Assembly (NCBI GenBank): GCA_036867785.1
Contig: CP145409.1
Span: 1,116,001 to 1,180,000, forward strand
DNA: 64,000 nt
Origin: Plasmodiophora brassicae
Taxonomy: Eukaryota
Direction of reading: 5' to 3'
The notes under the pieces were generated by a model that was not told the DNA's origin, did not search any database, and saw only the letters and a program-made list of their open reading frames with translations. This document shows positions 1 to 11,800 of this stretch, piece by piece. Each line of letters opens with the position of its first letter. Position 1 is the first letter of the stretch. The position numbers and the translations under genes are program-made.

Positions 1-201
1 GCCATTCAGATCCCGCCAGCAGTTGCCACATGCAACACTACGAACCTGCCCGCGGGCGCGCAGATCGAACATGACCAACGCGACGACGCCGCATCGCTTG
101 TCGCTCTGCGTCACCTCGCCATCGCGCTGGCCCACGCTGCAGACGTAGCCCGTCGTGTACTCGCCAGTGCCGATACAGAGACAGTTCGGCAACGCCGTCA
201 T
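1..201 (-). CDS. gaaA: D-galacturonate reductase-like (GaaA-type, Gfo/Idh/MocA NAD-binding) oxidoreductase, 5' end only; runs off the window
   Basis: Manual translation from ATG 201: [52 protein letters not shown], then a GT donor. This matches the GaaA N-terminal signature [10 protein letters not shown]...SDK..GVV.L..FDLR.RG. Not in the ORF track. Confidence 0.8.
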   Translation of the reverse strand, partial: MTALPNCLCIGTGEYTTGYVCSVGQRDGEVTQSDKRCGVVALVMFDLRARGQVRSVACGNCWRDLNG

Positions 202-386
202 GTGCCAACCTGCTCGATGCGAAATGGGCAATTTTGGACAATTCCCCTTGTGTCTTGTTGTGTCAAGGTCCTCATCTCCGCGCGACCTTTGAGTCCATTG
301 GCATGCACTCTGCAAGCCCTCGGTCACATGCCTCGGCACTCAATAAACAACGGTATGTGTTGTATGACAATATATCGGGAGGAGCG

Positions 387-873
387 TCATTTCAATTGAG
401 AGGCGGAGTTCTGAATCCTTTGCTGGATGGCGTCCAGGACGGCCATGTGGCTGCGAAGAGATTTCGCAGCGCATTCGTCGACGAATTTCTGGGCTTTCGC
501 GACGGATTCCGGGTCGGTTCGCGTTCCGAGACGGTCCTTCCCCTCGTCGTTGCACGTGAGGAGACCGCGTTGCACACGCTGCTGAAAGTCGTCCATTTCT
601 TGCTCCACAACATGCTTCATTTTGTCCATGCGATTGGTACACGACTGCATGCACGCCTGGAGCGACTGCCCCTCCAACGCCACGTTGTCAAGGCATTCGG
701 CCATGCACATATACGCACCCTGGGACAGCGATCAGAAACCCAAGCATGTTACAAATGCCAGGCAGATAACGAACCTTTTGCAGCGGTCGAAGATGCTCCC
801 GGTCGAGTGTCTTAATCATGCCATCGACAGCTCGCTGGAGCACAGCCTGTTCCTGCTGCGCCTGAGCTGCCAT
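387..873 (-). CDS. FAM136A: FAM136A-like (DUF842) twin CX3C protein, 2 exons
   Basis: MAAQAQQEQAVLQRAVDGMIKTLDREHLRPLQK, intron ~720-774, then GAYMCMAECLD...CMQSCT...EMDDFQQRVQRGLLTCNDE...FVDECAAKS. Confidence 0.85.
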
Positions 874-1319
874 TGAAACACTGCGGAGTGCGCTGCGCCA
901 CCGCCCACCAGCCACAGCTGGCGTCCCGATAAGGGACGCACGTACACCCGGGACGGTACGGTAGCAACGTCGGTCACCACTCATCAGGCCCATCATTCTA
1001 TAGGCCGACACAATTTCTGTGGTAGTCCGTTCTGTACCTGCACCACCCAAACCCAACAACGTATCGATTGGCCGTTTGCCAGTCGCCTTTTACTCAGGTC
1101 TGCCCCGTATCCACAAAAGCGAACGCGTGGCCTGCCCGATAATCCTGCAATCTGCACAAGAGCCGTTTGCGACGTCTACAGCGCCAAAAGAAACGGCTAG
1201 GCTATTGGTGAAACTTGAAACGGCGGCGAAGTCGAGTGAACGTCGCGTCGCGTTTTTGGAGCAGTCCGCTGCGGGATCCCGGCAATCGTCACTGTCGCGG
1301 GTTTGCGGTTGGCACGACA

Positions 1320-2448
1320 ATGTGGTCGGGAGCGCGGCGCCTGCTGCAAAGAATACCGTCGCATGGGCGGTTGTCGTCCACGGCGGCGGTCTTTGTGGAT
1401 AAGAACACAAAGGTCATTGTCCAGGGATTCACCGGCAAGCAGGGAACGTTTCACTCCGAGCAGGCTATCGAGTATGGGACGCAGATGGTTGGCGGCGTCT
1501 CACCTGGCAAAGGCGGTCGAGAACATCTCGGCCTTCCCGTCTTCAATACCGTTGCAGAAGCGAAAGCCGCCACTGATGCTGACGCCACTGCCATCTACGT
1601 TCCTCCGCCATTCGCGGCGGCCGCCATTCTCGAAGCCATTGAGGCTGAAATCCCTCTGATTGTTGCGATCACTGAAGGAATTCCACAACACGACATGGTA
1701 GACCTCAGCTGCGTTACCGACAACTCGGATGTGCTGATTCATGCCATTTGACCATTAGGTGAAAGTGTTGCGCGCATTGAAAAAGAAACCCAATGTTCGA
1801 TTGATCGGCCCAAACTGTCCTGGAATCATTAAGCCAGGCGAGTGCAAGATTGGAATCATGCCAGGATACATTCACACGCCGGGCAAGATCGGTATCGTAT
1901 CAAGGAGTGGTACCCTCACCTACGAAGCTGTGCATCAGACAACGGCTGTCGGGTTAGGGCAGTCGACTTGCGTTGGAATTGGTGGTGATCCTTTCAACGG
2001 CACTAACTTCATCGACTGTATCGATAAGTTCCTGAAGGACCCACAGACCGAAGGTATCGAATTTAATTGTGGCTAATGGCTGCCAGAAATAATCCTTCTC
2101 CCCAGGCATTATAATGATTGGTGAAATCGGCGGGCAGGCTGAAGAGCAAGCAGCTGCGTACCTTTTGGAGCATAACACTGAAAACAAACCCGTTGTCGGT
2201 TTCATTGCCGGTTTGACGGCTCCTCCAGGACGTCGAATGGGTTAGGCCCTTTGCAGGTCAGCTTTCACCATGCACTTAACTTCGTCCCTATCTCTGTAGG
2301 GCATGCTGGTGCCGTCATTTCTGGTGGCAAGGGTGGTGCCAAGGAGAAGATAGCGGCTTTGAAGGAAGCGGGCGTGCGCGTCTCCGAATCTCCTGCAGGT
2401 GTCGGGAAGCTGATGCTTCAAGCAATGAAGGATGCAGGTCGTGCCTAA
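1320..2448 (+). CDS. SUCLG1: Succinyl-CoA ligase alpha subunit, mitochondrial (multi-exon)
   Basis: Arg-rich presequence; [38 protein letters not shown] and the GHAGA phospho-His motif. Confidence 0.97.
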
Positions 2449-2585
2449 GGGTTCCCAGTCTGATAAACAATGTACCCGGTCGCGCATCTAAGTTCCACTG
2501 AAATCTGTCAAGGCTGTACGCCTACATTGACATTGTTTGCGAACTGTAAAGAGGATAATAGGAAACTACATGTCAGATGTCTATA

Positions 2586-3688
2586 TTAAATTACATCGAT
2601 CCCAGCAGCGGACAGGGCTGAACAAGCCGAGTCGGCAAGGGCGGTTTCGATGATAACGAAATCCCGGCTAAAGGTGGAAAGGTACAGAGGTGCAATATTT
2701 GCTAGTGGCTTGGACAGTGCAAGAGCTAGGCCTGTTTCGGACCAGCCCCATTCGCCAAGAACTTTGAGAGCGGTCCACTGCTGGATCGTCCCACCCGGGA
2801 GCAATGTCGACGTTTGACGATCGACAATCAGCGAGTATTGTTGGTCGTCAACTGCAGCGAACGAAAGGAACGCGGAGCATCGGGGGCGGATGAACAGGAT
2901 ATCAATCAGCGAGCGCATAACGCGATCGATATCTGACGCAGGGATAGAATGCAGGAAGAATTCGCCTGGAATTCGTTCAAGGCGCAGGTTGCCAGGCGAT
3001 CCTGCGCTCTCAGCATCCGAGAACGATGGGGATGGCGTATGCCGTGTGGGCACGTCTACCAAACGTTCCTCGGGTTTCGCGGCATCGCCATCGCTACTGT
3101 CTTCGTCGACCTCGAGCCCCAGGTTCCTGCGAAGACAATCTAAAGCGCCATTCAGCTCGCGTTCTTTGACTAGGAGCACACGGGAATCAGTATGCATTTG
3201 ACATCTGCCGTACAATTATGTGCACCTAGGATATGGTCTTCAGTCGCTGTCGATACGTAGAAAATCGAGTACTGGAAATCGGCCAGAACCGACAAGATTT
3301 TCCCGACAGACCCTCCTGGCGAACTCGATCAATAATGCAAAGAACTTGCAAATCCAATCCCGACACGAACCTTGCTCTCCTATGGTTAGTCTCAGAGCTC
3401 GCCATATCATGGGCGACGAAGACACGCCAGGAATGTTCATGATACGTCCAAACGATGACTGCTTCATGATGAGCGATACTTCCTCATCGGTCACCGTGTA
3501 CGAGAAGAATCGCCTGCCATCGGCACACAATCGGAAATCGGCGTACGCAACGGGCGTCAGGCGTGCCGGTTCGCCAACCTGCTTTTCTCATAGAAGAACA
3601 GTCTGATCAGGTGCACGGCGGCTAGGTCGTGTTGCTCGATCGGCAGGCGAACAATGACGAGCTTGGGCGGCAGAACGGACACGTTCAT
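2586..3688 (-). CDS. CASTOR/GATS-like tandem ACT-domain protein (multi-exon)
   Basis: MNVSVLPPKLVIVRLP...LIRLFFY; RFFSYTVTDEEVSLIM; WRALRL; second half FLSFAAVDDQQYSLIVD...WTALKV...LSKPLANIAPLYLSTFSRDFVII, the ACT_7/CASTOR pattern. Confidence 0.75.
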
Positions 3689-3937
3689 CGATCAGCGGCG
3701 CAATCTCGGGAATGCGCCAGCCCACATTTCAACCGGCCCGGCTTGTGCCGCCGGTGACAGGCGAGGCAAACTGATGATTAGCAAATGGCAACTATGTACG
3801 TACTCCTGACCTCGGTGTTCCTCCCAGTGCCCCTTGGAAGGCACGTGCATGCAACGGCGATATCCATTTCTACGCTGCTCATATTCAAAACTCTGATAGG
3901 GCGACCTCATCGACATCAACATTGAATAGGGATGGTA

Positions 3938-4371
3938 GGGGGGACTTGTGATGTGTATTTAACACGCTTAAGCGGCGAATGCAACGAGCTGGTCGTTGCA
4001 GCTGCAGCTGGATCGCTGATCTAGCGCAATGGTATTTAACACGCTTAAGCGGCGAATGCAACGAGCTGGTCGTTGCAGCTGCAGCTGGATCGCTGATCTA
4101 GCGCAGGCGACGAAGGTGAAGGCGGTGGGCGATCAACGGACCAGCTTCTGACGCAACGACCAGTTCGTTGCGCTCGGCGCTTCAGCGTGTTAATGCACTT
4201 TACAAGTCCCCCCCCCCTGATCCAGCGGCAGCCGCAACGCTTCGTCGTTGCATTCGCCGCGTTAGCCTGTGTTAATACACATCACAAGTCCCCCCCCTGC
4301 GCTAGATCAGCGATCCAGCTGCAGCTGCAACGACCAGCTCGTTGCATTCGCCGCTTAAGCGTGTTAAATAC
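3938..4371. mobile_element. MITE/foldback-like cluster: five related units (2 direct, 3 inverted) with GGGGGGACTTGT termini
   Basis: Identical 74-bp units at 3955-4028 and 4032-4105; exact reverse complement at 4298-4371; diverged inverted copies at ~4130-4217 and ~4219-4297, both ending ACAAGTCCCCCCC. Confidence 0.8.
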
Positions 4372-5299
4372 TCTATTCCCATATTTATCATGTTGGCGAT
4401 GATAGGACAGGGCGGCTCTATGGACCGAACGCTACGACACTCAGTCGGCGGCTGGATCGGAGAAACACGTTCGACCAGTTGCCGTTGGGCTCGGCTACAA
4501 CAGCTGCCCAGGTGAAACCATTCGTGACCGCATGGCGCTATAAAATCGAGCGACGCGTCTCACCATCGCTATGCTTTGAATGGGAACGCCATCACGCTCA
4601 AGCATATTACCCCTTACGACCTACAAGGACAAGAAGTTAAATCAACCGGTCCGTACAGTTATACATTGAAGGAAGAGTAGTTGCGAAATCAGCTCAAATG
4701 CATTCTTCCACGAGAATAGTGTCAGAACAGATCTTGGTAAAATTGTAGAGTCATCATGAAACGAGAATGCTTTTTCAACCAACGACACGTACATTCGCAT
4801 GATCTGGCAAGATGCCGGCCGTCCGGCCATCGTTCGAGGTGACGACTGACGGCAGACCGGAGACCGCAACTCCGCCACGCAATCCGCGCAATGCTTTCGC
4901 CGATATTAGCGCCCCGTCATATACTCTCCTTGCTGTAGATAACCGCAGCTTCACGTGGGGCGTCGCCGTTTCCAGCGGGACGTTAGTCGCGATCAAACAT
5001 GCTCCAGTTGCTGGTATTCAGTCAAGTCATCATAGACGGTTCAGTATTGTGGCTCGCTGGACTTTAGCATTCGGTACACGGCTGGCGATTATCAGATATC
5101 GATGATGCTACCGCCAACAGTTTGCCATTGGTTATGTGTTGCCCGGCGGGGCTCGGTATATTTACTTGTCTCGTTTCCTGCATCAATGTGCTGCTGTCCT
5201 GGGCTATATTGTATTTAGAAATAGGAAGGATGAACGGGTTTACCACTGTGGTGACGTGGCAAGACCGACGTCGTCGAGGAGACGGGAAGGATAAACGGC

Positions 5300-5650
5300 A
5301 TCGTGTTATTGGCTCTTGTGACAAGAGTCTGCAAACAAAGTACTATAGTGCGCTCAGCTACGTACCACCCCCAGGTCGACGTCTTCATTTCACGAGCGTT
5401 TGACCATTGCATCTGTCGCCACTCTGCCATGGCATGGGGCCCGGAAGGCGCGAACGTCTGTGACGTCAAGGGCTCTGCTGACATCAGCATCCTGTCGCGC
5501 GCTAGCTGCTATCGTGGCCTAGTTGGGCGGTGCGGGATGCGACGATCAAACGCTCGTGAACGTGAAGACGTCGTAGACGTGGGGGTGGGACGTAGTGCGC
5601 ACTGTAATCCCTTGTATGCACACTCTTGTCGCAATAGCCAATAGAACGTT
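5300..5650. repeat. Degenerate long inverted repeat (decayed foldback/MITE)
   Basis: 5302-5413 aligns with the reverse complement of ~5536-5648. Shared blocks: TATTGGCT, GACAAGAGT, AGTGCG, CTACGT.CCACCCCCA, CGACGTCTTCA, TTCACGAGCGTTTGA. Confidence 0.8.
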
Positions 5651-5882
5651 TGTATCCCTCCCACCGCGTCCCAGCGTCTCCGAGTAGACTGCCGGTGAAA
5701 CACGAATCGCAGTGCCGACGCACCTGACGCATGATCGGAGCAAATGGCACTCGCCCAAGTCCATCCGCACCAGCGAATCCATCAATCGCATCGCCTGCGT
5801 GGGCGCGGCATACACGTCAGACACTGCAGGCAGCAGCCGTTGCAGGATAATGGTTTCGGGATTGGACCGCTGTGACTGGGCG

Positions 5883-8800
5883 ATGGCGTCCCCGTCGAAA
5901 CATGTGGTCGTAGTGCAGCCTCTGTCTCAGCCTGTCACTCCTAGGCAAGGCGTTGTCTCCTATGGCGGGCCGCCCACCGACTTCCCTCGATGTCGGTGAG
6001 GGTGCCTCGTCGCGATCACCGTCGCCCAGGCAACGAGCGATGTACTCCGAGCACTTCAGCCCGTCGGCGGAAGGCGCCGCCGCCGTCGTCAACCCCAACG
6101 CCATCCGGCTGGCGCCGATCGCCTCGACCAGGAAGACGGTGCCATCACCTACCCTGAAGATGTTTAAAGGCGGCCCAGTCGCGTCCGTCTCCACTGCGCC
6201 CATGAAACGCACTGAAGGCCCTGAACCGCGCGTCTCGGCCCCGTTCAAACGTGGGCCTGGACAGGCGCCCCGGCGCATTGAAATCCAGCGACGAAAGGTC
6301 GCCCCGAAGGCGCAGAAGCCTTCGTATGATTACTGACCATTGCGCAGGTCCTGTACCAGGAGCAGAACGTAGGCGCGCTGCTGAAAGGGGCCGGCATCGA
6401 TTACAGCAAGTACACGTTGGACACCGACCACAAGACGGGGCGGAAAGCGTACCTGCCACTTGAAGTCTTCGACGACACCGAGTACGAAACGCGCACCGTC
6501 GACGAATGGCTGGGCACCACGCGTCCATGTCAGGTCGTGGCGCGTGCTCTTCGCCTCGACCAGGAAACGGGACTAGGTAGCCGAATCGTCCGCCGTTCCT
6601 AGACACGACTGCTGTGAACCGATCCGCTGCTTATGTAGGCACGTTTGAGCCCTGCACCGTGACGGGGACGAACGGGTCCAATTATATCGTTCGGTTCGAT
6701 GGAGATCCGGCTGATGAGCGCCAGCTCCACCGTCTGCACATCCTGTTCGGCGTGGAGGACCCGAGCGTGTTCGTCGAGCGTGTCGCGTCGGCGCATCGTA
6801 CGCGCCGGGAGTTCGAGGCCCGGACCCGATACGGTCTGTACATCGACTCCATGCCGATCGACGAGATGCAGCCGATCGATTCGGAGCAGGCGAATCGGAT
6901 ATTGAATTCGGCGCTGAACACGCAAGCCCTGAAACAGAACGCGCTGGATTCCACGTCGCTGATCGGCGAAGTGAACACCGATTTCGCCAGGACCATGAAC
7001 AAGATCATCTTCGACCGGAACCTGAATCAGCCGTCCCAGGCGGTGCTTCGCGAGTCGCTGGCCTATGTTCCTGAGCAGAAACGAGCCGCGCCGGAATACG
7101 CTGTGGTCAAGGTGGCCCCGTACGACTTCAACGCCCGGTTCAACGATTTCTCGTTCCACTGCCTGCTGGTCAAGAACGAGGTGATCGTCGCCCTACACGC
7201 TGTTCGCCTGGAGTGCAACCATCTGTTGAACCTGTCCATGTTCAACACGCACATCAGCAAGACGATCGCCATCGACGAGTTCGAACAGCTGCAATCGTCG
7301 TCGCTGGCCCAGTTGCACACGTTCCTGACGGGGTCGTGGGTGACCGCCCTGAAGAGCGCCGTGAAGACGTCGCTGGCCACCGTCGGCAAGGGGTGGTTCA
7401 ACCTCGAAGAGCGCAACCTCGAGGTGTACATGTTCTCCAAGCTACGCAAGTTCATGCTGATGATCAACTTCATCATGGAGGACACCCTGCACACCCTGAT
7501 CGAGCATTCGCTGCGAGAATACGTCCGGTTCTTCGAGGCGTTCACGGTGGACGGGCAGTTCCCGCTGTTCAGCGTCGAGCTGACTGTTCGCGACGGCAAG
7601 ATTGGCCTGTCGACCAAGATCGAAGCGCTGGAGGAGCTCCCACTGGCCTTGTTCGATCGTGGACTGTCCATGTTGCATGATATCCCCCAGCTGGAACCGC
7701 TGGTCATGGAGAACCTGTTCCGGTCATCGCATAAAGGCAAGCTGGCGTCCATTCAACGGCAGACGCCCTGGGTCCAGGATTTCGCCAACCGGATCACAGC
7801 CTGCGTCAACAAGGCCCTGCAACCGCTGAAGGCGTACGTTGCCACGTACGACCAGCATCAGGAATTCCTCGGTATGCTGTGCTGTGCGATTGTCGGCTGG
7901 AAATAATGACGCTGGCACTGCAGCACTGAATGTCGATGAATATGTGGCGAAATACTTTGAAACGAGCCATACGATCGAGGACGTGCGATCGGAGGTCGAG
8001 CGTCAGCACACGCTGAGGCGGGATTTCGAGGCGTCCATCCCGCTGCAATCTAATCTTGGCCTGTGCGTCGTGTCCAGTGAGGCTGTACGGCGGGAGCTCT
8101 GCGAGAAGCGAACGCTGATCGCGACCCGTCTACTGGAAACGTACTGCCATCTGACCCGGGAACGATGCGTCGTCATCGCCAAGGACTTCAACGGCATTCG
8201 TGCCACGTTGCAACGAACGCCGGCCAATATCGAGGCGCTCGTCGAGATGCGAGAACACCTTGCTCTCGTTCCTAAAACCGTCACGGAACAGAAACCCAAC
8301 ATCGAAGAGGTCCGGTTTGCTGACTCCTGGTGTTCGCTCGAAGCGTGACCGTGGCCGAACAGGTCCTTGCTCGGTTCGCGATGCTGGAGGAGTTCGGGTT
8401 CAGGTTCACGAAGGACGACTTTGGTGCCCGTTGGGACACGTTCGCTCTTCCAAAGACCATCGCTGACCAGGTATACCTTTGGGTACACAGACTGCCCATG
8501 ACTTCTGTGGCTGACATTTGTCCTATCCCCTTTAAGGTCGCCAGCGTCAACGCTTATCTGGATGAGCAGAAGTCAGTGTTCGAGGAGCAAGTCACTGGCC
8601 GGCAGAAGGCGTTCGAGGCGGACGCGATGGACCTCGATGCAGAGGTTCGCAGCTTTGGCCAGTACAATGACCTGTCCAAGATCAGGTTGATCGCTGATAA
8701 AGCCAGGAATATCGAGGTATCTCGCCAGTGCACTGTCGTTGTAGCCGGTATGCTGACCGATTCGTGCCCAGCTGAAAATCGCCGAGTACACTGAGAAGGC

Positions 8801-11800
8801 GAAGCAGTTCAACTCGGACGAAATGCACTTCGGGCGGGAAGTTACCGATTACAGTCGCGTCAAGGACCTGTCGAAACAGTTCCAACCGTACTCGCTCATG
8901 TGGAGCGCTTGTTCGGCCTGGAAAGATAGCAGCACGAAGTGGCGAACGGGGTCATTTCTGCAGATCAAACCGGACGAAGTCGCACGCGACCTGGAAAACT
9001 ATCAGAAGGATCTGAACAAAGCCATTAAAGCGCCGCAGATCAAGGAAAACAACGAGCTGAACGCGATCGCTTCGAATTTCGCCGGCCAGATGAAGGAGTT
9101 CGAACCTCTCCTCCCTCTCATCGAGGCGCTCGGTACGTCGCGTTTCAGAACGTGGAAGTCATGTATGACCAATGTTGGGGTCTCTCTGTTGAAAAGGAAA
9201 CCCGGGCATGCGTCAGCGCCATTGGGATGCCCTGTCGGCCGCATTGGCCATCGACCTTCATCCGGACGAGACGTTCACCCTGGACCAGGCCATCAACAAA
9301 CTGAAACTGCAAGAGCGCATGGACGTGATCTCGAAGGAGGGCGAGCGTGCCGGCAAGGAGTACATGATTGAGCAGTCCCTGAACAAGATGCAGGACGCCT
9401 GGGCGAACATCCGCTTCGATGTGTGTATGCCGCCGTGTTTGAATCAGTTCGTGTTTAACGTGGGCGGCAGGTCGTACCCTATAAGACGACTGGGACCTAC
9501 ATCGTCAAAGGCACCGAGGTCGTCATGGCATTGCTGGACGAGCATCGTGTCATGACGCAGGTTCGTGAATAACGTTCGTGTCTGTGTATCGATGTACGTG
9601 AACGTCCGGTGACCAGGCCATGCAATTCTCGACCTTCAAAGGCCCGTTCGAGGAACGAATCAGCAACTGGGACCACAAGCTCCAGCTCGTCAGCGACGTT
9701 CTTGAGGTGCTGTTAATGGTGCAGGTGGCGTGGCTATACCTGCGCCCCATCTTCGATTCGGCCGATATTCTGAAACAGCTACCTGTTGAAGGCAAACGAT
9801 TCAGGTGATATCCCACATCGTTGTCTGCTAGGCTTTGCTCATCGGCAGCACTTGTGCCCAGCAACGTGAATCGCATGTGGCGAACGACGATGGCGAACTT
9901 TTTCGCCAACCCTGATGTGCTGGTCGTATGTGACGACCCGACCCTGCTGGCCCAGTTCCAGGAGGGAAACAAGCAGCTTGAAATCGTGCAGAAGGGCCTC
10001 AGCGACTACCTCGACTCGAAACGAGGCGCTTTCGCCCGATTCTATTTCCTCAGCAACGACGAGCTTCTCCAGATCCTATCCCAGGCCAAGGACCCCACCG
10101 CCGTTCAGCCACATCTGAAGAAGTGCTTCGAGAACGTTACTCGGTAGGTGTCGGACGTCACGTCCGGCAGAGCGCGCCCTGATCGCGCCTGCGCAGACTG
10201 GAATTCAATGCCGATGGTCGCATATCGGCCATGTTCTCCGCCGAGAAGGAGCGCGTCGACTTCAAGGAACTCATCGACCCGTCCGAGAAGAATGTTGAGA
10301 ACTGGCTCAGCGAGGTCGAAGATATGATGCGAGCGTCGGTCAAGAAGGTCATCAATGACTCGGTGGCCGACTACCTGGAGAAGACGCGATCGGATTGGGT
10401 GAAGGACTGGCCAGCACAGTGCGTCCTGACGGGTTCCCAAATTCACTGGACCCGGGAATGCGAACAGGTTCGGTTCGCCGGACACCACTGCCCGTCGTTC
10501 CGTGTTCTCACGATGCACATGACACAGGCGCTTCGTCAGGACGGTCATAATGGCGTGAAGAAGTTCCTGGACCTCCAGCGTCAACAGCTGTCGGATATGG
10601 TGACCCTGGTGCGAGGCAACCTGACACCTCTGCAACGAATGACAATCGGGGCACTCATCGTGCTCGACGTGCACGCCCGCGACGTCATCTCCCGGATGGT
10701 GGACGAAGGCGTGTCGGCCGTCACCGACTTCGGATGGATCTCTCAGATGCGATACTATGTCGATCCGTCGACCAGCCAGATCGCTGTGCAGATGGTCCAG
10801 GCTCGGTTCGATTACGCCTACGAGTACCTGGGCAACTCCCTGCGTCTTGGTAGGTGAATGTGCCGGCAATGGTGCACGAAGGCGTCACTGACGGGCTCGC
10901 CAGTCATTACTCCACTGACCGAGCGCTGCTACATGACGCTGATGACGGCGCTTCAGCTCCATCTGGGTGGTGCTCCCGCAGGGCCAGCCGGTACCGGCAA
11001 GACGGAAACGGTGAAGGACCTCGCGAAATGCGTCGCTATTCAATGTGTCGTCTTCAACTGCAGCGATTCGCTGGACCACATCGCCATGGGGAAATTCTTC
11101 AAAGGTACCTGGCTGCCCAGCGGTGCCATTATACGTTACGGGTGTTAACGTCGTCTGCGATCCAGGGCTGGCATCCAGCGGTGCCTGGGCGTGCTTCGAC
11201 GAGTTCAACCGTATCGATATCGAAGTGCTGTCCGTTGTCGCTCAGCAGGTGCAGACCATCTGGAACGCTGTGCGCGCCAAAGTCGACCACTTCGTGTTCG
11301 AGGACTGCGAGCTTCGTCTGCGCCTTGTATGCCATTCGCTGTCGGCCTGCCCACACGTGCGCGCCCACTGACGTATCGACGTTCGCAGTCGTGCTGTGCG
11401 TTCATTACGATGAACCCTGGGTACGCCGGTCGTACCGAATTGCCGGACAACCTGGCGGCCCTGTTCCGACCGGTCGCCATGATGGTGCCCGACTATGCCT
11501 TGATCGGTACGCCCAACGCGTCTCCCGTCCTGGGTGTGCACCAACGCGTCCTTGCTCGCCAGCCGAAATCATGCTGTACTCGTTCGGGTTCAGTGCCGCG
11601 CGCGCCCTGTCACTCAAGATGGTGGCCACCTTCAAGCTGTGCTCCGAGCAACTATCAGCTCAGGTAACTCGGTGCCCGCCCCGCGCGTTCACCCATGTTG
11701 CATAACATCGTTGCAGGACCACTACGATTACGGGATGCGAGCCGTCAAGACGGTCATCACCCAGGCAGGCATTTTGAAGCGAAAGGACCCTCAGTTGGAT

